Shown piece by piece: positions 58,364 through 64,000 of a DNA stretch of 64,000 nucleotides (position 1 is the first letter of the stretch; every line of letters starts with the position of its first letter). The notes under the pieces are model-generated. The model was not told the origin of the DNA. It did not search any database and saw nothing but the letters and a program-made list of their open reading frames with translations. Position numbers and translations under genes: made by a program. The DNA comes from a bacterium (GTDB lineage Bacteria; UBP6; UBA1177; G963667425): the NCBI GenBank assembly GCA_963667425.1, contig OY763407.1, positions 2,081,142 to 2,145,141 of the forward strand, read 5' to 3'.

Positions 58364-59431
58364 TTAGTATTCTTCCGGCACTTCTTTTCCGTCAATTACT
58401 CTGAATGCGCCTTCTGCCAGAGCTGTAAGTTCGTTTTCTCCAGGGTATGAGACAACATCAGCTATCCAGCTTACATGTTCTTTTATAGCTTCGACAACTT
58501 TTTTAGCGTATGCACAGCCGCCGGTTATTATAACTGCATCGACTTTACCTTTTAATGCAGCTGCATATGCTCCGATTTCCTTGATTATCTGATATATGAA
58601 GGCATCAAATGTTTCAACTGCTTTTTTGTCGCCATCCAAAACCATTTTTTCTATTTCTCTGAAATCGTTTGTTCCAAGGTATGCTTTGAATCCACTTTGC
58701 TTTGAGAAAATTTTAACAACTTCTTTCTGCGGTTTTGAATAGCACATATTTATTATGCCTGCAAGCGGCATAGCTCCTGCTCTTTCCGGAGAGAATGGTC
58801 CCATTCCAAGAAGTCCGTCACTTACATCAACAAGTCTCCCTTTTTCAAGTGCCGCTATTGAGATTCCTCCGCCTAAATGGGCAACAACAAAATTTGAATT
58901 GTCAAATTCCATGTTTTTCATTTCAGATACGTGTCTTGCAACGCTTTTGATGTTTAATGCATGAACTCTGGAAAATCTTATTATGTCAGGATGTCCGCTA
59001 AGCCTTGCTTTATCCCACATGTTGTCTGTAGTTACAGGGTCAACAATGTAACTGTCATTAAATCCGAAGTCTTTGGCAATTTTGTCAGCTATAAGCGCAC
59101 CTAAATTTGAAGCATGGTTTGCATATTTACATTCCATGAGATCTTTTTTCATTAGTTCTGAGACTCTGTATGTACCGCCTTTAAGAGGTTTTACCAGTCC
59201 GCCTCTTCCAACTGCACCGACAACTTTAATTTCTTCTTTAGCTAAAACGGCATCAACTGCACTTTTTATCATACTGTATCTGAAATCAATCTGTTCAGTC
59301 ACTATATCATACTTATCAATTTCTTCCTGCGGATGACGAACTGTCTCTTCGTAAACTATTTCGTTTCTGTCAACAAGTGCATACTTGGTCGAAGTCGATC
59401 CAGGATTAATTGCAATAACTACTTCTCTCAT
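58364..59431 (-). CDS. buk: Butyrate kinase (ASKHA superfamily acetate/butyrate kinase)
   Basis: N-terminal IAINPGSTSTKYAL and the ASKHA phosphate-1/2 and adenosine motifs (VAHLGGGISI, IITGGCAY). 355 aa. Confidence 0.85.
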   Translation of the reverse strand: MREVVIAINPGSTSTKYALVDRNEIVYEETVRHPQEEIDKYDIVTEQIDFRYSMIKSAVDAVLAKEEIKVVGAVGRGGLVKPLKGGTYRVSELMKKDLMECKYANHASNLGALIADKIAKDFGFNDSYIVDPVTTDNMWDKARLSGHPDIIRFSRVHALNIKSVARHVSEMKNMEFDNSNFVVAHLGGGISIAALEKGRLVDVSDGLLGMGPFSPERAGAMPLAGIINMCYSKPQKEVVKIFSKQSGFKAYLGTNDFREIEKMVLDGDKKAVETFDAFIYQIIKEIGAYAAALKGKVDAVIITGGCAYAKKVVEAIKEHVSWIADVVSYPGENELTALAEGAFRVIDGKEVPEEY

Positions 59432-59443
59432 TTTTTCTCCACA

Positions 59444-59938
59444 TTAAATATCGATTACTTTAAATATAGCCCATCTTCCATTTATATTTACAATTGAAAA
59501 AATTCTTAGCTTCTCACTGCCGGTTTTACCTTCATATATTATTGATGTGTCTTTATATGCGGGATATTTTTCGCCATTAACATCTGTTATAATATATGGT
59601 ATTCCGGCTGAAACAGAAACAAAAGTCTCTTCTCCGTTTAAAAGAAAAGAAGAAACCTGACCTTCCATTTTTACCATATAAAGATCGTAGGAAAGATCTG
59701 TGTCAAATTTCAGGAATTCCTCTTCTGAAAGAAAAAAACCTTTATATTTTTTATCTTTCAGAGAATTAAAAAAATATTTTAAAGTGTCCTGCATGGTATT
59801 TCTGAGATAAATTTCTTCATCGAACAGACAGATTTTGTCTACACAGCTTCTGCCCTGATGGCAGTCATCATTTGAGTAACATGCTCCACTTAAAGAAACA
59901 GACACAAATAAAATCAATAAAAACAGAAACTTTGTCAT
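59444..59938 (-). CDS. Small secreted Cys-containing lipoprotein (hypothetical)
   Basis: Lipobox LSGAC followed by the Cys knot-like CYSNDDCHQGRSCVDKIC. Lies 12 nt downstream of the buk start. Confidence 0.45.
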   Translation of the reverse strand: MTKFLFLLILFVSVSLSGACYSNDDCHQGRSCVDKICLFDEEIYLRNTMQDTLKYFFNSLKDKKYKGFFLSEEEFLKFDTDLSYDLYMVKMEGQVSSFLLNGEETFVSVSAGIPYIITDVNGEKYPAYKDTSIIYEGKTGSEKLRIFSIVNINGRWAIFKVIDI

Positions 59939-60095
59939 TTTTTACAGCTCACCTTTTTTATCACGATAATTTTTACCATATCCATTAGACCTTTTCAAGT
60001 AAGTTGAACTTTTTTATTTTATGAAAGAGTTCTTAACTTAAAGCTTGATAAAGAAAAATCTTTACATTATCATGGCTTTCGGAAAAGGAGTGTAA

Positions 60096-60806
60096 ATGAC
60101 AGTATTCATTACCGGACAGGGAAACATATATTCCGCATTTAACAAAACGGCAGAAAAAAATGGGCTTCCGCTGACACATATAAATTCCCACAATTTTTCA
60201 CCTGTAACCGAGGGAATTCTTTTTCTGGCTGTAACGGATAGTGTTGCTGCCGAATTCTTAAAAAAATATTATCAGAATATCCCTGAAAAGTTAAAAATCG
60301 TACTTTTTTCACCTGAAATTTTCAGTAGTAAGAAAAATCTTTTTCTTTTACATCCATACAGCTCTGTTAATAAGGAGACAAACTTAACGGAAGTTCCATT
60401 TACTTTATGGGGTAATGATACAGAAGAAATAGAAGCTTTTATCAGCAAAACAGGGATAAATTTTATAAAAAAAGAGGGAAAGCCTTCTTCGGCGTATCAT
60501 ATTTCAGCAGTTTTTTCAGGGAATTTCACACAGTTACTTGTTTTTACAGCAAAAGAACTTCTAAAAAAAGAAAACTTCACAGAAAAAGAGATTGAAATGC
60601 TTATCGGCAGGCTGGTCGAAACTTCATCTGAAAATATTTTAAAATCAGGAATTGATGGTTTTACAGGTCCGGCGGCACGAAAAGATGTTAAAACAATCAT
60701 CGCAGAAACAGAATTTCTGGAAAAAAATTATAATTCAATTACCGAAATGTATTCCAGACTTACAACAAAAATAATGGAGACCATAAAAAATGGGAATATA
60801 CTCTGA
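60096..60806 (+). CDS. DUF2520-like Rossmann-fold protein
   Basis: Pattern HISAVFSGNF...FTGPAARKD resembles DUF2520 (HxxAV...TGPxxRGD). Confidence 0.45.
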   Translation: MTVFITGQGNIYSAFNKTAEKNGLPLTHINSHNFSPVTEGILFLAVTDSVAAEFLKKYYQNIPEKLKIVLFSPEIFSSKKNLFLLHPYSSVNKETNLTEVPFTLWGNDTEEIEAFISKTGINFIKKEGKPSSAYHISAVFSGNFTQLLVFTAKELLKKENFTEKEIEMLIGRLVETSSENILKSGIDGFTGPAARKDVKTIIAETEFLEKNYNSITEMYSRLTTKIMETIKNGNIL

Positions 60807-61695
60807 AGATAAAGAGCTAGACCAGTTCATGTTAAAAGTAAATGAAGCCCTTCTTTTTAAAGATATAATTTCACTGCCTGAAAGTTTTAAGGAGATAAAT
60901 TACGGTGTATCTTTTAAATGCAAAAAAGGAAGTGATAAAAACCTTTCTTCTGTTTCAATTTACCACAGCGACAATAAAGGGTTTTCAATTGTAACAGCAA
61001 ACACTGAACTGAAATCATTTATAAGATCGCTTTTGATGGATGGCGAAGTTGCAGGAAGCGATGAAGCAGGAAAAGGAGATTTTTTCGGACCGCTTGTTGT
61101 ATGCTCTTTTTTGCTGGGAGAAAAAACAAAGGAAATACTTTCGCTTAAGTTTGGCGACAGCAAAGCCATGAATGAAAAGGAAATTTTCGATTTTTATGAA
61201 GAAACCAGAAAATTCAGAAATTTTTTCTCGGTTGTAAAAATTATGCCCAAAAGATATAACTCTCTTTACAATAGTTTTGCGGAAAAAGGGGGAAATCTGA
61301 ATAATATTTTAGCATGGGCACACAAAAAAGCTCTTTCAGATCTTATAGAAAAAAACCCTCACACGGAAAAAGTAATTATAGATCAGTTTTCATCTTCACC
61401 GGCGGTAACCTCTCCAATAAGAGAGGCGTTAAAAAATCAGGAAGTGATTTTTCAGACAAAAGGTGAAAAGAACGACCCTGTCGCCGCCGCATCGGTAATC
61501 GCCAGAGCAGAATACCTTTTGAGCCTGAAAAAAATCTCTGAAGAACTTTTTCAGAATAAAATAGAACTGAATTCCGGAAGCGGACCTGAAACAGACAGAA
61601 AACTTCTCAAAATAATTGATACTTTTGGAGTTGAAGCTGTCGAATCGTGCGGAAAACTCCATTTTGCAAATTTTTCAAAACTTAACATCAATTAA
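60790..61695 (+). CDS. rnhC: Ribonuclease HIII
   Basis: RNase HII/HIII catalytic motif GSDEAGKGDFFGPLVV preceded by an approximately 90-aa N-terminal domain. The 301-aa length fits HIII. Confidence 0.7.
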   Translation: MGIYSEDKELDQFMLKVNEALLFKDIISLPESFKEINYGVSFKCKKGSDKNLSSVSIYHSDNKGFSIVTANTELKSFIRSLLMDGEVAGSDEAGKGDFFGPLVVCSFLLGEKTKEILSLKFGDSKAMNEKEIFDFYEETRKFRNFFSVVKIMPKRYNSLYNSFAEKGGNLNNILAWAHKKALSDLIEKNPHTEKVIIDQFSSSPAVTSPIREALKNQEVIFQTKGEKNDPVAAASVIARAEYLLSLKKISEELFQNKIELNSGSGPETDRKLLKIIDTFGVEAVESCGKLHFANFSKLNIN

Positions 61696-61765
61696 AGTTG
61701 ACAATAGTAATGTTTAAAAATATTATGTTCTCGATTTTTAACTGGTTAAAAAAAGAAGTATAGAA

Positions 61766-63706
61766 ATGGTATCTGGATCAGGAACACAACTACCAAAAGT
61801 TTTTGGGAAATATTATCTGCTTGAAGTTATTAATGTTGGAGGAATGGCTGAAGTTTTAAGAGCCAAAATGTTTGGTGTTGAAGGTTTTGAAAAAATTGTC
61901 GCCATAAAAAAGATTCTTCCTGAAATAGCTGAAGACAATGAATTTATAAACATGTTCATTGATGAAGCTAAGATAGCAGTACAGCTTTCTCATCCAAACA
62001 TTGTTCAGATACTGGAACTTGGCAAAATAGATGACTCTTACTTCATCGCCATGGAAAATGTTTTCGGAAAAGATCTCAAAACTATCAGAAAAAGAATGAA
62101 GCAGCTTGATATTCTTATGTCTCCCGAACAGTCTGCATATATTGTTTCTCAGGTTTGTGAAGGTCTCGATTATGCTCATCATAAAACTGATGAAAAAATG
62201 AATCCACTAAACATTATCCACAGAGATATTTCTCCCCAGAACATCATGATCTCTTTCGAGGGAAATGTTAAACTTATAGATTTTGGTATAGCAAAAGCAA
62301 GAGATAAAAGTACAAAAACACAGGCAGGGCTTTTAAAAGGTAAATTCAGTTATATGTCCCCTGAACAGGTTGGCGGCAAAGAAATAGATGGAAGAAGCGA
62401 TATTTTCTCTCTTGGTATTGTTCTTTATGAAATGCTTACCGGAAAAAGACTGTTTCTTGGAAAATCAGATGTCGAGACGCTTGAAAAAATAAGAAAAGCA
62501 GACGTTCCGCCACCATCAGTTTTTAATAATCAAGTCACACCTGAACTTGATCAGATAGTATTAAAAGCTCTTGCAAAAGCACGTGAAGATAGATTTCAGA
62601 CTGCATCAGAATTTAGTGATGCACTGAAAACATGTCTTGCAAACATGGGAAAACGTTTTTCAAGAAATGAAATGATGAATTTCATGGCAAGATTTTTTGC
62701 CAATGAGCTTGAAGAGGAAAAAGCAAAAATGGATAGCTACAGGGATATGGCTATTCCTTCGGAGCTTACAAATACCGGATTCACAACAACCGGTGTTAAA
62801 AATCCATCAGCAGATATAGAAATTGACATCTCAAAAGGTTCTGGAAAAAATATTCTTCTAATTCTTCTTGGAATTTTCCTTGTTGCAGCTACAGCAGTAG
62901 TTGTATATTTCTTTATTCCGAAAGAAGAAGAAAAAGGAATTTTAATTGTTGATTCAACAGTATCGTCAAGTTTTGTTAATATTGATGAAGGAAGCATGAA
63001 TCACACAACATGCACCACTCCATGTAAAATGGATCTTCTTCCGGGCGAACATATAATGAAACTATCTTCAAAAGGATATCTTGAAAAAGAGGAAAAAATT
63101 TCCGTACAGCCAGGAATAACTTTAAGAAAGTTCATAAAGCTTATCAGAATAGGCGAACTTAAAACAACTGTAACAGTAAAATCCGAACCTGAAGGAGCTT
63201 CGATATTTATCAATGAAGCAGATATGGAAGAAACAACTCCGGCAGTTCTTTCTCTGCCTGTTGGTTCTGAAATCACAATAAGGCTTGAAAAGGAAGGATA
63301 CTATCCTGTTCAGGAAAATATCGGCAAACTAAAGGAAAATGTTGCAAAAGAAGTCCCTTTTGTTTTAAAAATGCGTGAAGATTATAAACCGCCAAAAACT
63401 GTTGCAAAACCTGCAAAAAAAGGTATCTCTGGCATAGCACAGAAAACAGAACAGAAAAAAATTGAAGCCGAACCTAAAAAAGAGCCGGTTGTTGAAGCAA
63501 AAATGGCAACACTTTCTCTAAACAGCAAGCCCTGGACAACTGTATATATTGATGGAAAACTTATAAAAACCACACCTATTCTCAATTTCAAGATACCTGC
63601 TGGAGATCACAAAGTAAGGTTTGAAAACAAAGATTTTGGTATAAATGAGACAATCAGCGTTAAACTCTCACCAAATCAGACAAAACGAATCATCAAGAAT
63701 TTCTAA
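61766..63706 (+). CDS. Serine/threonine protein kinase with TM helix and C-terminal PEGA domains
   Basis: Hanks kinase subdomains (VAIKK; HRDISPQNIM; DFGIAK; SPEQ), a TM at about aa 355-378, and PEGA repeats (SEPEGASIFINEAD...). Confidence 0.85.
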   Translation: MVSGSGTQLPKVFGKYYLLEVINVGGMAEVLRAKMFGVEGFEKIVAIKKILPEIAEDNEFINMFIDEAKIAVQLSHPNIVQILELGKIDDSYFIAMENVFGKDLKTIRKRMKQLDILMSPEQSAYIVSQVCEGLDYAHHKTDEKMNPLNIIHRDISPQNIMISFEGNVKLIDFGIAKARDKSTKTQAGLLKGKFSYMSPEQVGGKEIDGRSDIFSLGIVLYEMLTGKRLFLGKSDVETLEKIRKADVPPPSVFNNQVTPELDQIVLKALAKAREDRFQTASEFSDALKTCLANMGKRFSRNEMMNFMARFFANELEEEKAKMDSYRDMAIPSELTNTGFTTTGVKNPSADIEIDISKGSGKNILLILLGIFLVAATAVVVYFFIPKEEEKGILIVDSTVSSSFVNIDEGSMNHTTCTTPCKMDLLPGEHIMKLSSKGYLEKEEKISVQPGITLRKFIKLIRIGELKTTVTVKSEPEGASIFINEADMEETTPAVLSLPVGSEITIRLEKEGYYPVQENIGKLKENVAKEVPFVLKMREDYKPPKTVAKPAKKGISGIAQKTEQKKIEAEPKKEPVVEAKMATLSLNSKPWTTVYIDGKLIKTTPILNFKIPAGDHKVRFENKDFGINETISVKLSPNQTKRIIKNF

Positions 63707-63732
63707 TTTTCTTAATAAAAACAAGGCAATAA

Positions 63733-64000
63733 ATGAAAAACAAAAAAGAAAATCTTTTTAAGCTCTTTAAACAGTTTCCTAAGACCTTCTGGATAGCTAA
63801 TTCAATGGAAATACTTGAAAGATGGGCCTGGTACGGACTTTTTACAGTGCTTGCCGTATATCTTACCGATTCAACGGATGTCGGCGGTTTAGGATTTTCT
63901 CAGACAGATAAAGGGACAATACTTGGAGTTGTAACGGCAATTCTCTATTTAATGCCTGTAGTTACCGGAGCAATTGCAGATGCAGTCGGGTATAAAAAAG
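63733..64000 (+). CDS. POT/PTR2-family peptide transporter (partial, N-terminal 89 aa)
   Basis: ERWAWYGLFTVLAVYL matches the POT signature region (ExFxYYG). It runs off the window end. Confidence 0.65.
   Translation, partial: MKNKKENLFKLFKQFPKTFWIANSMEILERWAWYGLFTVLAVYLTDSTDVGGLGFSQTDKGTILGVVTAILYLMPVVTGAIADAVGYKK

Noticed and set aside
57820-58450. ORFs 57820-58269 (minus) and 58169-58450 (plus) across the tandem-repeat array
   Set aside because: Their open frames are a by-product of the ~42-bp periodic repeat. There is no signal peptide, RBS or start context, and they overlap each other and the start of the 56237-57841 gene. They are reported as a repeat rather than a CDS, though a real repeat protein is not fully excluded.

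Overview
This is an AT-rich bacterial chromosomal window that is densely coding, mostly on the minus strand, and mostly core/housekeeping with a few accessory-looking patches.

From the start of the window to the end it holds: a receiver-only response regulator plus a partial TolQ/ExbB/MotA-like gene (1-916); rlmI; a four-gene RND efflux operon (tolC-tetR-MFP-RND, 2389-8668); a ychF-like GTPase; a tRNA-Lys/tRNA-Glu pair with promoter and terminator; a three-gene operon with a double zinc-ribbon protein, a YcgR-like PilZ protein and a coiled-coil protein; the isoprenoid operon xseB-ispA-dxs-ispG; a tiny polyproline lipoprotein ORF; an isocitrate/isopropylmalate dehydrogenase-family gene; tRNA-Leu(CAA) followed by an S41 peptidase gene flanked by 26-bp direct repeats; cvpA; a BatE-to-DUF58 aerotolerance-type operon (vWA/TPR) with no MoxR ATPase in the locus; cheY-cheX convergent on a long chemotaxis operon (cheA-cheD-cheR-cheB-cheD-HDOD); an M23 peptidase / GT-C glycosyltransferase / unknown membrane protein / nadC cluster; a large Cache-HAMP-PAS MCP; valS; a GC-rich structured intergenic element (candidate small RNA); a FAD-linked oxidase; a radical SAM protein; rnc; rlmB; pyrF; pabABC; mnmA; several Cys-rich acidic secreted lipoproteins; a degenerate ~42-bp tandem-repeat array; buk; a DUF2520 protein; RNase HIII; a Ser/Thr kinase with PEGA domains; and the start of a POT peptide transporter.

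The most interesting finding is the CheA. It carries two Hpt (P1) domains and, between P1 and the kinase core, three tandem ~24-aa LGExLVxxGxxSxxxVxxALxxQ repeats of the MshEN/T2SS-E N-terminal c-di-GMP-binding type. That suggests direct c-di-GMP input into a chemotaxis kinase, in an operon that also carries two CheD paralogs and an HDOD protein.

All calls come from reading the translated ORFs and motifs by eye. No database searches were run.
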